Below, one piece after another: positions 23,421 to 35,966 of a DNA stretch of 47,682 nucleotides; position 1 is the stretch's first letter, and each line of letters opens with the position of its first letter. The notes beneath the pieces are model-generated. The model made no database searches and was not told the origin of the DNA. It worked only from the letters and a program-made list of their open reading frames with translations. This stretch comes from Macrostomum lignano. Lineage: Eukaryota. A program made the translations under genes and the position numbers. Location of the stretch: contig NIVC01002030.1 in NCBI GenBank assembly GCA_002269645.1, positions 1 to 47,682 of the forward strand, given 5' to 3'.

Positions 23421-23875
23421 GGTATTAGCCGACAAAAAATAATATAAGTCATCAACGTTACCACAATGTATTTGCAGGGGGCTATGCATGCTATATGAGC
23501 CATGCACTCTGCGCTATACAAGCCAGTTGTATTTTATCGGAAATAAAATCGCTCCTAAATGCTACGAGCTATATGCTAAAGCCGAATAGCTGACTGAATT
23601 TTTCGTAATACATGCGAATCTTGTGTCTGACAACTGGGCCATATTTTCGATATTCTATTCCTATAATTCTTTGCTAGCTGTATAGGTCGTGGTTATTGCA
23701 AGGGCTTTTAACGGAACTCAAGCCCTGCTTTTTTATATATTCTGTATGCGCACAGTTACCCATATGGCCCATTCTCTGTGCGAGTTACAGTTCAAATGCA
23801 TTATTTGCTTGAGGCTCAACGTTCAAGATGAAGCATTCTATATTGCACGTTGTATGGATAAAGACTATAGCGCCG

Positions 23876-24690
23876 TCTTATAGATGTAACTGATTTCCTA
23901 TAGATAAATCAGATATCTTATAGATGAACAATATGTCTTATCGATGAATCTGATGTCTTATAGATGAATCAGATATCTTTCAGATGATTCAGATGTCTCT
24001 TAGATTAATCACATCTCTTCTAATTCAGACTCTAATATAAATGTCTTATAGATGAATAATATTTCTTATAGATGAATCAGATGTCTCTTAGATGAATCAG
24101 ATGTCTTATAGATGAATCGGATGTCTAATAGACAAATCGGATGTATAATAGATAAATCAGATATCTTATCGATGAATCAGATATCTTATCGATGAATCAG
24201 ATATCTTATCGATGAATCAGATATCTTATCGATGAATCAGATATCTTATCGATGAATCAGATATCTTATCGATGAATCAGATATCTTATCGATGAATCAG
24301 ATATCTTATCGATGAATCAGATATCTTATCGATGAACAATATGTCTTATAGATGAAGCAGATGTCTTATAGATGAATCAGATGTCTTATAGATGAATCGA
24401 ATGTCTAATAGATGAATTCGATGTCTAATAGATAAATCGGATGTCTAATAGATGAATCAGATGTCTTATAGATGAATCAGGTGTCTTTTGAATGAATCGA
24501 ATGTTTTATAGATGGATACTGTCTTATAGATTAATCAAATGTCTTTCAGATGAATCAGATTTCTTATAGACGAATCAGATGTCTTATACTTCAAGTTAAT
24601 AGATTAATCAAATTTCTTGTAAATGAATCCAGATGAATCTGCTTTTTTCTAGATGAGTCCGATGTCTTATAGATGGCTCCGCTGTCTTAT
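23876..24690. repeat. 20-bp minisatellite, degenerate flanks with a homogeneous core
   Basis: Unit tagatgaatcagatgtctta; perfect tcgatgaatcagatatctta run at ~24165-24335. Confidence 0.9.
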
Positions 24691-24858
24691 ATACTCTTAG
24701 GAGAATAATAAATAAGTAAAAAGTCAGTAAGCCAGTCTAAGACTTCGCGTCTTTGCAATAAATATTAGTTAGTTTTACATTTTCGTTATTTTTGCGATTG
24801 TATATCACAGTAAACATTCTGGTGGCTAAAGTATAAGCACTGTGGCGCTGAAATAAGC

Positions 24859-26422
24859 AACAACAACAACAAAACAACAAAATACGCAGCCCCGCATGCA
24901 CAGTCACAGTTAGAGCAGGGCGCGTCAGATGGCGCGCCGCAGAGCCTGGGAGCGAATAAAGTCCGCTCCGTTGGCAGTGTCGGGCGCCCCAGCGTCGCAC
25001 AGCAGGCAGTCCACGTATCGACGGGTTCGGGCCTGACCCCGCCTGAACGGACCCTGCAAGGTGAGCAGCAGGACGTCCTGAACAGGTTGGGGTAGTAGCC
25101 CTCGGCCCGGATCACGTGACCCGCCAGTTGAAGTCGCCGCCGGCGCAGGATGGTGGACGGGCGCTGCAGCTTGGCCCGATCGTACAGGGCCTCGGTCCCG
25201 ACGCTCTCGTCAGCTCGAAAGGCCGCACGGAGCAGCTCTGAGTGCGCCGAGTCCAGCTGCCGCTCTAGCGTAGCCGTCAGCGTCCACGTCTCGGCGTTGT
25301 ACAGCAGGACGGTCTTGACCACCGCCTGCCACAGCCGAGCCCTCTGGCGGTCGGGCAGCGCTTCGGACTGGAGGACGGCTCGGATCGAACGAAAGGCCAC
25401 CCAGGCAAGTCCTCTGCGCCTCCGGAGGTCCTCTTCCACGTGGGGCACCAGACCGCCGAGGTAGGTGAACCGCTGGCAGCGTGCGAGCCTGCAGCCTGGT
25501 CGTCTGCCCGTCTGCGCCGCGGCACGTCAGGTCCGCTGGGATGTCGGCCGGCACAGTCAGCACCTCGGTCTTCAGCGTGTTGACGATCAGACCGACGCTC
25601 GATGCCACTTCGACCAGCCTGTCGATCTGGCCCTGGGCGCCTTCAACAGACGAGGACAGGAGGGCGAGGTCGTCGGCGTAGCCAAGCACGCTTAGGCGCT
25701 TTTCGCCGTGGCGGCGACCGATGCGTCTGCGCAGCAGGAAGCCGTCATTAGCCGTGGGGAGTGCGGTCCGAAGCACCCAGTCCAGCAGCAGCACGAAGAG
25801 GAACGGCGCTAGCGTGTCGCCCTGCAGAACTCCTGATGAAGTATCGAACAGGTCAGACAGGCCGTCCGCCGTCACCACAGCAGCTCGAGTATCGCAATAC
25901 AGCGCCATGACAGCGTCGATTAGCTGCTGGGGTACCCGGTAGGCTCGAAAGACAAAGGGAAGCGCGGCTCTCAGCACCGAGTCAAACGCCTTTCGAAAGT
26001 CAACGAAGACAATGATCAGCGTAGACTGGCGGATGCGCGCCTCCTCGATGACACGGCGGAGTGCAAGGATCTGTGTCACTGTGCCGCATTGCGGCCGGAA
26101 TCCGTTCTGCTCGTACTGCAGGTACGGGTCCAGCACCGACTGCAGACGATCGAGCAGCAGCCGGTTGAAGAGCTTCGCGAGATCATCAGCGAGATCCCGC
26201 GGTGGTCTTCCTTCCGCGTTGTCCCTGCCTTCTTCGGGATGTGCGCGACGGTCCACTCGGTAGGCGCAGGAGCGCCGGCGAGCACGCGGTTCATGACGCC
26301 TGTGACCTGGGAGGCTACACAACGGAGCCGCAGCGCTTCGACCGGGACTTCGTCGGGGCCGAGCGCCTTGCCGCCTGCCTGATCTTTTCCGAGCGAACAG
26401 CACAACTGTTATTTTACAACAG
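24859..26422 (-). mobile_element. 5'-truncated RTE-clade LINE with (TTG)n-like tail and 10-bp TSD
   Basis: RT motifs: KALGPDEVP, PKKAG..HRGISL, QNGFRP, FVDFRKAFDSV, GVLQGDTLAPFLF, LGYADDLALL, GLIVNTLKT, FTYLG, then the RTE-like tail VLLYNAETW...RRRRLQLAGHVIR. Stop at ~24925-24927; several frameshifts. TGAAATAAGC is duplicated at 24849-24858 and 26423-26432. Confidence 0.9.
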
Positions 26423-27260
26423 TGAAATAAGCACTGTGGCGCTAAAGTAAGCACTGTGGCGCTGAAATAAGCACTGTGGCGCTAAAGTAAGCATTGTGGC
26501 GCTGAAATTAGCACTGTGGCGCTAAAGTAAGCATTGTGGCGCTGAAATAAGCACTGTGACGCTGAAGTAAGCACTGTGGCGCTGAAATAAGCACTGTGGC
26601 GCTGAAATAAGCACTGTGGCGCTGAAATAAGCACTGTGGCGCTGAAATAAGCACTGTGGCGCTGAAATAAGCACTGTGGCGCTAAATCAAGCATTGTTGC
26701 GCTGAAATAAGCACTGTGGCGCTAAATCAAGCATTGTGGCGCCTAAATGACGCCATGGTAAGCATTTTGCACCAAATTAAGCATCGTGGCGCCATAATAA
26801 GCAGTGTGAGTATGGGGCTATAGCAAGCATTGTGGCGCCAAAGTAAGCATTGTGGCACCAAAGTAAGCATTGTGGCGCCATAATAAGCAGTGTGAGTGTG
26901 GGGCTATAGCAAGCATTGTGGCGCCAAAGTAAGCATTGTGGCGCCAAAGTAAGCATTGTGGCGCCAAAGTAAGCATTGTGGCGCCAAAGTAAGCATTGTG
27001 GCGCCATAATAAGCAGTGTGAGTGTGGGGCTATAGCAAGCATTATGGCGCCAAAGTAAGCATTGTGGCGCCAAAGTAAGCATTGTGGCGCCAAAGTAGCA
27101 TTGTGGCGCCAAAGTAGCATTGTGGCGCCAAAGTAAGCATTGTGGTGCCATAATAAGCAGTGTAAGTGTGGGGCTATAGCAAGCATTGTGGCGCCAAAGT
27201 AAGCATTGTGGCGCCAAAGTATGCATTGTGGCGCTATAATAAGCAGTGTGAGTGTGAGGC
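26423..27260. repeat. 20-bp minisatellite with GTGGCGC core and interspersed longer variant
   Basis: Units taagcactgtggcgctgaaa / taagcattgtggcgccaaag plus a recurring cataataagcagtgtgagtgtggggctatagc insert. One more unit lies left of the RTE at 24834-24858. Confidence 0.93.
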
Positions 27261-27987
27261 TATAGTACGCATTGCGGACAGGAGCGTTGCCAAGGGGTGG
27301 ACACCGGGGACATGTCCCCCTTTGGAGAGGGGACAAATTTTTTGCTGCTTTTGTATTTTGCTTTTCGTTTCTGCATGTCATATAATAAGGAGATGGATTG
27401 GTGTCTCTGCTCTCTCCCTGACGGGAATCCTGGCTAAGCGCCTGATTGTGGCGTAAAAATGGCGCTTTAGTAAGCATTTTGGCGCCGAAGTAATCAGTGT
27501 GGTAAATTAAAATCCACTGGGAAGTAAATATATTGTATTTATATAATGAAGTAAATATTCGATCCTATTGGCTACAGTCTCCCAATGCTATTGCAGCGAC
27601 ACTATAAGAGCTGAGGGAGGCCTCCCACTCCCACCCCCCCCCACCGACCTCCCCACGCCCACCTCCACTCCTCTGCTTCTTCAGTGTCATTCCCGCCGCA
27701 CAAGCAGCAGCAACCCCATGGCCCCTTGCCCCCCAAGCCGTTGTTTCATTTTATATCCCCAACCCCCTGTCGCCTCTGCGTTCCTTCCGCTTCCCTCGTC
27801 CCGCTCCCCGCCCGGTCCCGCCACCCCGCGCGCCCAATGGGGAAGAGGCTGCTGCATCCGACTGCGCCGCCTTCTACAGGGGATCAGAGCATGTTATTTA
27901 GCCTGCTTTGTGATTGTTGATCGACACCTGTTTACCTATCCTAACCTTTTTGCTGATAATTCTCCAAAGATCACTGATTACTGCGTG

Positions 27988-29180
27988 ACTCTAAATAGCA
28001 CTGTGAATTGTGAATCAGTCACTGAGACTCTAAATAGCACTGTGAATTGTGAATCAGTCCCTGAGACTCTAAATAGCACTGTGAATTGTGAATCAGTCAC
28101 TTCAACTCTAAATAGCACTGTGAATTGTGAATCAGTCCTGCGACTCTAAATAGCACTGTGAATTGTGAATCAGTCACTTCAACTCTAAATAGCCCTGTGA
28201 ATTGTGAATCAGTCACTTCAACTCTAAATAGCACTGTGAATTGTGAATCAGTCACTTCAACTCTAAATAGCACTGTGAATTGTGAATCAGTCTCTGAGAC
28301 TCTAAATAGCACTGTGAATTGTGAATCAGTCTCTGAGACTCTAAATAGCACTGTGAATTGTGAATCAGTCTTTGAGACTCTAAATAGCACTGTGAATTGT
28401 GAATGAGTCACTTCAACTCTAAATAGCACTGTGAATTGTGAATGAGTCACTTCAACTCTAAATAGCCCTGTGAATTGTGAATCAGTCACTTCAACTCTAA
28501 ATAGCACTGTGAATTGTGAATCAGTCACTTCAACTCTAAATAGCACTGTGAATTGTGAATCAGTCACTTCAACTCTAAATAGCACTGTGAACTGTGAATC
28601 AGTCCCTGAGACTCTAAATAGCACTGTGAATTGTGAATCAGTCTCTGAGACTCTAAATAGCACTGTGAATTGTGAATCAGTCACTGAGACTCTAAATAGC
28701 ACTGTGAATTGTGAATCAGTCCCTTCAACTCTAAATAGCACTGTGAATTGTGAATCAGTCACTTCAACTCTAAATAGCACTGTGAATTGTGAATCAGTCA
28801 CTTCAACTCTAAATAGCACTGTGAATTGTGAATCAGTCACTTCAACTCTAAATAGCACTGTGAATTGTGAATCAGTCTCTGAGACTCTAAATAGCACTGT
28901 GAATTGTGAATCAGTCCCTGAGACTCTAAATAGCACTGTGAATTGTGAATCAGTCACTTCAACTCTAAATAGCACTGTGAATTGTGAATCAGTCACTTCA
29001 ACTCTAAATAGCACTGTGAATTGTGAATCAGTCACTTCAACTCTAAATAGCACTGTGAATTGTGAATCAGTCACTTCAACTCTAAATAGCACTGTGAATT
29101 GTGAATCAGTCACTTCAACTCTAAATAGCACTTGAATTGTGAATCAGTCCCTGAGACTCTAAATAGCACTGTGAATTGTG
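27988..29180. repeat. 39-bp minisatellite, ~30 copies
   Basis: Unit actctaaatagcactgtgaattgtgaatcagtc(acttca/tctgag/cctgag). Confidence 0.97.
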
Positions 29181-29186
29181 CAATTC

Positions 29187-29985
29187 AACACTGTCTGCAG
29201 TCCCAGTTCGGCAGCCACCACCGTCCAGATATTCATCAGCCAAAGAATCGACTTTAACGCCACGAACGCCGTCAATGCCGTGTTCTGCCGCTGGTGCGAC
29301 CGCGAGACCGTCTACGTCGGCGAGACCCCCAACAGCATCCGCGGTCGCATGCTGGCGCACTTCGGCGACATTCGGCACGCCCGCGACACTCCACCATCGG
29401 TGGCCACAGTCTGGCGGACTTCGCCTTCACCGGCATCTGGACACGGAAGGGCACAGGGCCCAGAGCTAACGAGCGGCGTCCGCTGATCCTGCCGCACTGT
29501 GCGACCTTCGAGCCCTGGCTGCCATAGGGTGAAGGACAGGATGACACGGCACTGCGAGACCCCGGTGCTGCCCACCTACACCAAGGCGAGAAGCCTCCGA
29601 ACTCTATATACCTCTTGACGAATTTTTTCGCAGCCTTTTATTCAAATTCAAACTTTTTATTTACCTTGCCTACTTATTTTCATGCCTTTTATTTTTTCAG
29701 TTGTTATCTTACACTAAAAGGTTGTTTAGGCCCGGCCCGCTTCTAATGTTTTAGCCACCCTCTGCATTTCTCAGAGTCTCTGACTCGTTTTAATTTTACG
29801 CCTTGCGTACTCTTTTATTCTCTTGTGCACTCCCCCTTTATCGATTTTTCCTCCCTGGCGTTATCGCCTTGACGGCAATTCGCGCTAAATAAATTTTACT
29901 CGCATTCTGCCGTGACCGGACGAACAGTAAACCTACTCGAAATATCGGCAACAATAAATTTATTGACTTATCAGCCCTTTTTTCA
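29187..29985 (+). mobile_element. Penelope-like element 3' fragment (degenerate GIY-YIG endonuclease plus downstream region)
   Basis: Translation ...FNATNAVNAVFCRWCDRETVYVGETPNSIRGRMLAHFGDIRH matches the PLE pattern N-V-Y-x-I-x-C-x2-C...Y-V-G-E-T...R...H. Frameshifted continuation ADFAFTGI..ATFEPW; AATAAA near 29953. Confidence 0.75.
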
Positions 29986-30030
29986 TCGTGTCAGCGCCTG
30001 ATATTGGAGGTGCCCTCCTCTCTCACTCTT

Positions 30031-30035
<5 letters not shown>

Positions 30036-30104
<69 letters not shown>
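30036..30104. repeat. (CT)n microsatellite, ~34 units
   Basis: Uninterrupted CT run. Confidence 0.97.
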
Positions 30105-30106
<2 letters not shown>

Positions 30107-31070
30107 ATCTCCGCCTTCCCATCTCTTTCTTATCTTCACCTTCCATCTCTCTCATCTCCGCCTTCCCATCTCTTTCTTATCTTCACCTTCCATCTCTCTC
30201 ATCTCCGCCTTCCCATCTCTTTCCCATCTCCGCCTTTCCATCTCTCTCTCATCTCCGCCTTCCTATCTCTCTCCCATCTCCGCCTTTCCATTTCTCTCAT
30301 CTCCGCCTTCCCATCTCTTTCCCATCTCCGCCTTTCCATCTCTCTCTCATCTCCGCCTTCCTATCTCTCTCCCATCTCCGCCTTTCCATTTCTCTCATCT
30401 CCGCCTTCCCATCTCTTACCCATCTCCGCCTTTCCATCTCTCTCTCATCTCCGCCTTCCTATCTCTCTCCCATCTCCGCCTAACCGCCTTCCCATCTCCG
30501 CCTAACCGCCTTCCCATCTCCGCCTAACCGCCTTCCCATCTCCGCCTAACCGCCTTCCCATCTCTCTCCCATCTCCGCCTAACCGCCTTCCCATCTCTCT
30601 CCCATCTCCGCCTAACCGCCTTCCCATCTCTCTCCCATCTCCGCCTTCCCATCTCTCCCTCATCTTCACCTTCCCATCTCTCCCATCTCCGCCTTCCCAT
30701 CTCTCCCATCTCCGTCTTCCCATCTCTCTCCCATCTCCGCCTTCCCATCTCTCCCATCTCCGTCTTCCCATCTCTCTCCCATCTCCGCCTTTCCATCTCT
30801 CCCTCATCTTCACCTTCCCATCTCTCCCATCTCCGCCATCCCATCTCTCCCTCATCTTCACCTTCCCATCTCTCCCATCTCCGCCTTCTCATCTCTCTCC
30901 CATCTCCGCCTTCCCATCTCTCCCATCTCCGCCTTTCCATCTCTCCCTCATCTTCACCTTCCCATCTCTCCCATCTCCGCCATCCCATCTCTCCCTCATC
31001 TTCACCTTCCCATCTCTCCCATCTCCGCCTTCTCATCTCTCTCCCATCTCTGCCTTCCTATCTCTCTGCC
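30102..31070. repeat. Pyrimidine-rich compound repeat
   Basis: Mosaic of cccatctccgcctt, cccatctctct, catcttcacctt and cctaaccgcctt modules. Confidence 0.9.
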
Positions 31071-31841
31071 TTCTTGCTCATCCAATCATATTTACCAACT
31101 AATTGTGGCAGCAAACAAAAATTTTTGTGAATTCATTTTAGTTGACATGCTCATAGAATGATAGAAACAATTGCCAACAACAAGTCATACCTGCCTTAAA
31201 CCTGGGCAATACAAACGTATAATAATAAAAATGTAAATATTTTGTACATAACATTATAGCAAGTCAGATAAGCTTAAATAAAAGAGTTAAATCGAAAATA
31301 AAGCTTCTCTGTATATTTAGAAACTATGTACGCTCGTACAAAGAAGGCGGAGCTTTGAGCAGGACTATAATAGTAAGCTGCACGATATTAAATTATCACA
31401 CCTATACGAGGGTAAACTGCAGGAACTGACTGATGAAGAACACTCTTCACTTTCTCGTGTCGTGGGCGTGTCGTTTTCGAGAGGCTTAATAAATGTAATA
31501 TTATACTTCATACTCGCACAGATAGAAGGCCAAAAGCACGCCAGTCATTGAGTCCGCATTAATATGCGTCACAATAAGCTATTTTATTAAGCTGATGTAA
31601 ATAGCTGTCATGCAATTTCATCCCGCGTACGAGTATATATTGGATAAGATAGGATGGCTCCTTTATCATTAAAATCTCTTTAATTATTTTTTAGTTTGAG
31701 TCGCCTTTTCTTTCTTTGACTCAGAGAGCTTTATTAGGCGTCATAACTTGTGCAATTTGTACAATTTGAAAATGAGTCTAACTACTCGTATTTCATTTAT
31801 ACTAATGTTCGATCCTCTGCTAAATTACCTACTGCCTACCA

Positions 31842-33870
31842 TCTCTACCCTCCCTGGCCTCTCTACCCTCTCTGGCCTCTCTACCCTCCCTGGCCTCTCT
31901 ACCCTCTCTGGCCTCTCTACCCTCCCTGCCCTCTCTACCCTCCCTGGCCTCTCTACCCTCCCTGCCCTCTCTACCCTCTCTGGCCTCTCTACCCTCCCTG
32001 GCCTCTCTACCCTCCCTGGCCTCTCTACCCTCCCTGGCCTCTCTACCCTCTCTGGCCTCTCTACCCTCCCTGGCCTCTCTACCCTCCCTGGCCTCTCTAC
32101 CCTCCCTGCCCTCTCTACCCTCCCTGGCCTCTCTACCCTCCCTGCCCTCTCTACCCTCCCTGGCCTCTCTACCCTCCCTGCCCTCTCTACCCTACCTGGC
32201 CTCTCTACCCTCCCTGGCCTCTCTACCCTCCCTGCCCTCTCTACCCTACCTGGCCTCTCTACCCTCCCTGGCCTCTCTACCCTACCTGGCCTCTCTACCC
32301 TCCCTGGCCTCTCTACCCTCCCTGCCCTCTCTACCCTCCCTGGCCTCTCTACCCTCCCTGCCCTCTCTACCCTACCTGGCCTCTCTACCCTCCCTGGCCT
32401 CTCTACCCTACCTGGCCTCTCTACCCTCCCTGGCCTCTCTACCCTCCCTGCCCTCTCTACCCTCCCTGCCCTCTCTAACCTCTCTGGCCTCTCTACCCTC
32501 CCTGCCCTCTCTACCCTCCCTGCCCTCTCTACCCTCCCTGCCCTCTCTACCCTCCCTGCCCTCTCTACCCTCCCTGCCCTCTCTACCCTCCCTGCCCTCT
32601 CTACCCTCCCTACCCTCTCTACCCTCCCTGGCCTCTCCACCCTCCCTGCCCTCTCTACCCTCCCTGCCCTCTCTACCCTCCCTGTCCTCTCTACCCTCCC
32701 TGTCCTCTCTACCCTCCCTGCCCTCTCTACCCTCCCTGTCCTCTCTACCCTCCCTGCCCTCTCTACCCTCCCTGCCCTCTCTACCCTCCCTGTCCTCTCT
32801 ACCCTCCCTGCCCTCTCTACCCTCCCTGCCCTCTCTACCCTCCCTGCCCTCTCTACCCTCCCTGTCCTCTCTACCCTCCCTGCCCTCTCTACCCTCCCTG
32901 CCCTCTCTACCCTCCCTGTCCTCTCTACCCTCCCTGCCCTCTCTACCCTCCCTGCCCTCTCTACCCTCCCTGCCCTCTCTACCCTCCCTGCCCTCTCTAC
33001 CCTCCCTGGCCTCTCTACCCTCCCTCAGGCTCCCTGCCCTCTTTACCCGCCCTGCCCCCTCTCTACCCTCCCTGGCCTCTCTACCCTCCCTGCCCTCTCT
33101 ACCCTACCTGGCCTCTCTACCCTCCCTGGCCTCTCTACCCTACCTGGCCTCTCTACCCTCCCTGGCCTCTCTACCCTCCCTGCCCTCTCTACCCTCCCTG
33201 CCCTCTCTAACCTCTCTGGCCTCTCTACCCTCCCTGCCCTCTCTACCCTCCCTGCCCTCTCTACCCTCCCTGCCCTCTCTACCCTCCCTGCCCTCTCTAC
33301 CCTCCCTGCCCTCTCTACCCTCCCTGCCCTCTCTACCCTCCCTACCCTCTCTACCCTCCCTGGCCTCTCCACCCTCCCTGCCCTCTCTACCCTCCCTGCC
33401 CTCTCTACCCTCCCTGTCCTCTCTACCCTCCCTGTCCTCTCTACCCTCCCTGCCCTCTCTACCCTCCCTGTCCTCTCTACCCTCCCTGCCCTCTCTACCC
33501 TCCCTGCCCTCTCTACCCTCCCTGTCCTCTCTACCCTCCCTGCCCTCTCTACCCTCCCTGCCCTCTCTACCCTCCCTGCCCTCTCTACCCTCCCTGTCCT
33601 CTCTACCCTCCCTGCCCTCTCTACCCTCCCTGCCCTCTCTACCCTCCCTGTCCTCTCTACCCTCCCTGCCCTCTCTACCCTCCCTGCCCTCTCTACCCTC
33701 CCTGCCCTCTCTACCCTCCCTGCCCTCTCTACCCTCCCTGGCCTCTCTACCCTCCCTCAGGCTCCCTGCCCTCTTTACCCGCCCTGCCCCCTCTCTACCC
33801 TCCCTGCCCTCTCTACCCTCCCTGTCCTCTCTACCCTCCCTGTCCTCTCTACCCTCCCTCTCTACCCTCC
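31842..33870. repeat. 18-bp minisatellite, ~110 copies, with a 732-bp higher-order duplication
   Basis: Unit ctctctaccctccctg(cc/gc/tc). Rare variants recur at a 732-bp offset (32477/33209; 33027/33759). Confidence 0.96.
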
Positions 33871-35012
33871 GCACCCCTTGCCTCCATTCTCTCTACACTC
33901 TCGCCACTCTTTACCCTTCCCTTTAATGCTTAAGTGTCGCCTTTGCGCCCACCCAGACCGAAGGAAAAAGTACAAGACCAGAAAACTCGACTATCAGGAA
34001 ATTCTCTCCTTAGTCCCCTTACATAATATTTCTCTAATCTCTATAGATAATCTCCTTTCTCATAGCAGGCCTTCCTTGGTCAGATATTACTTTAATAGCA
34101 ACAACAACTAAGCGTAGCAACTAACTCATGCAGTTTTGCTTCACGACCCCATGCAGCTCATTAAATAAATTGTTCGTTTGCTTAGCAAAGTTTAGCAGTT
34201 GCCCAGCGCCTATACTAAAGTAAGCGAAAAAATTTATGAAAATTATAGTAGCCCAGCTATGCTGCATGGTGCCTTGAAGTATAGAAGGAAATGTAAATGA
34301 CTGACAATCTCTGTAAGTCCTATAGTTGCACAGGCCATCGACTATTATTAAGGCTGTATAGTGTTTCAATTCAAGCTTCTTTTTTTGCGGAATTTTCTGC
34401 TTTTTAAAGCCGCGGTTATATAAGCTAGGCTAATGTATAGTTTGTTAGCCACAGCTGCAGTCGGCAACTGTTGGAAGTAGAGTTGGCCATGGAGAGCGGG
34501 GCGGGGGTGAGAGGGTCTGCCCGAGTCCTGCTCCTGCATATGCTGCATACCTTACTAAGTATTGATCCGGTGGGGGGCACAGGAGGTTCACAGCCTGTCT
34601 CTCCTTTTCGCTCAGTTCGCCCCAACAGGGCCACCGTAATTCCGCACTGCATGCCTCTGCCCTGCAGCCTGTGCCAAACTCTACCCCATGGTGTACACTG
34701 CACTATGCTAAATGTACACCCGCTGCTGCTGCAGTTCCTAACCCTGCTCTTCTCTGCCTGTCCCTAATCCTCCCTCTCTTAGCTGTCCCGCGGCCTCTCT
34801 CTCTCGCCCTGGCCTTGCTTCATTTTTAGTTTTCTAGTATATTCCATCCTTCTTTCGCGCTCTCTCTCTCCCCCTCTCTCTCTCTGCTTTGGTGGGCCTA
34901 CTGCATAAACCAATACTAATGTTATACGGCTTGTCCTTATGACATTCTTTAAACTGACTAACTAGAAATGCTGTGCATGCAATTGAGTAAAGTTTAATTC
35001 AAATATTTCCTC

Positions 35013-35290
35013 ATGGAGGGCCCTACAGGGACATCAGGGCGGTGACCATGGCCCTCTCGGGTCATGGCTGTTTTGTCTGGCATCGTTACCTCCAGGGGAA
35101 ATCCGCAGTGAGGAATGCCCTTTCTGCCTCTCGATGGTGTTGAGAATGCGGAGCGCTTCATCTGTGAATGCCCCGCCTTTACTCAGGACAGGCTCACTTT
35201 TCAGGCCCGAGAATCTTTGCCAGCTCGTCCGCTACAGAAGGGCTACCGGGTGAGCGACCATCCACCTCCTGGACTCTCCGGAGGGGAACC
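35013..35290 (+). mobile_element. Decayed 3' fragment of an I/R1-group LINE ORF2 (C-terminal Cys/His zinc-knuckle region)
   Basis: Three frames join to YRDIRAVTMALSGHGCFVWHRYLQGKS../EECPFC../ENAERFICECPAFTQDRL..QLVRYRRATG*, matching the LTGH...CxxC...ExxEHxxCxCP pattern (the His position reads Arg here). Confidence 0.65.
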
Positions 35291-35966
35291 GCGCTGCGGA
35301 CGCCGGCACCACCGGACGCCGCAAAACCGCAGGGGCGGCGAAAGGGCGAAATTGATCGAGAAATGTTTCATATATTATAAGCAATGGTATGTGGTGTATG
35401 TAGAACTTGGGATTTGGAGGGCTTTGAGAATCTTTTAGAGTCTATACTTATTTTAGTCGATGCAGTCAAAGTCTATAATAATCCGAAATCTCCCGTCAAT
35501 CTCCTCGATTTTTCTCCCGAACCGTTCGTTCTATACAGCCGCTCCCCGCACTGCAAGAGATGACTCAGCGCTCGCCTCCGCAGCTTTTGGGGAAATTGGG
35601 ATTTGGGGAATGCAGTCGCGTAATCCCCTCGGGGGGAGAGGGGAGGAGTGGGGTAGGTTAGGTATACTGAAACTCCCCCACTACAGAGCCTACTCCCCTC
35701 CCCGCTTAGCCCGCCTTCCCCACCAAGCCAGCCTTGCATGCACAGCAGAGCCCATCGAGAAATTCGGACGCATGCAGGGGGGGGGACACAGACACATACA
35801 GCTGGGGGAAGGCAGTCAATATTATATTTTTCCTCAAGTGGATTCCGCTCCGCTAAGTAGTATGTGGGCAGTCCGGTTTTATAAAGTTTCTTGCCATTTT
35901 CATGTGCGACTGCTGGGTGAGCTCAGATCACAGTTAGTAGCCTTAGGGATGACATTGTCATTGGAA

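Noticed and set aside
31405-31413. TACGAGGGT, like a mariner TIR start, as possible partner of 38910
   Set aside because: Same orientation as the 38910 TIR, only 9 bp, and no inverted partner.
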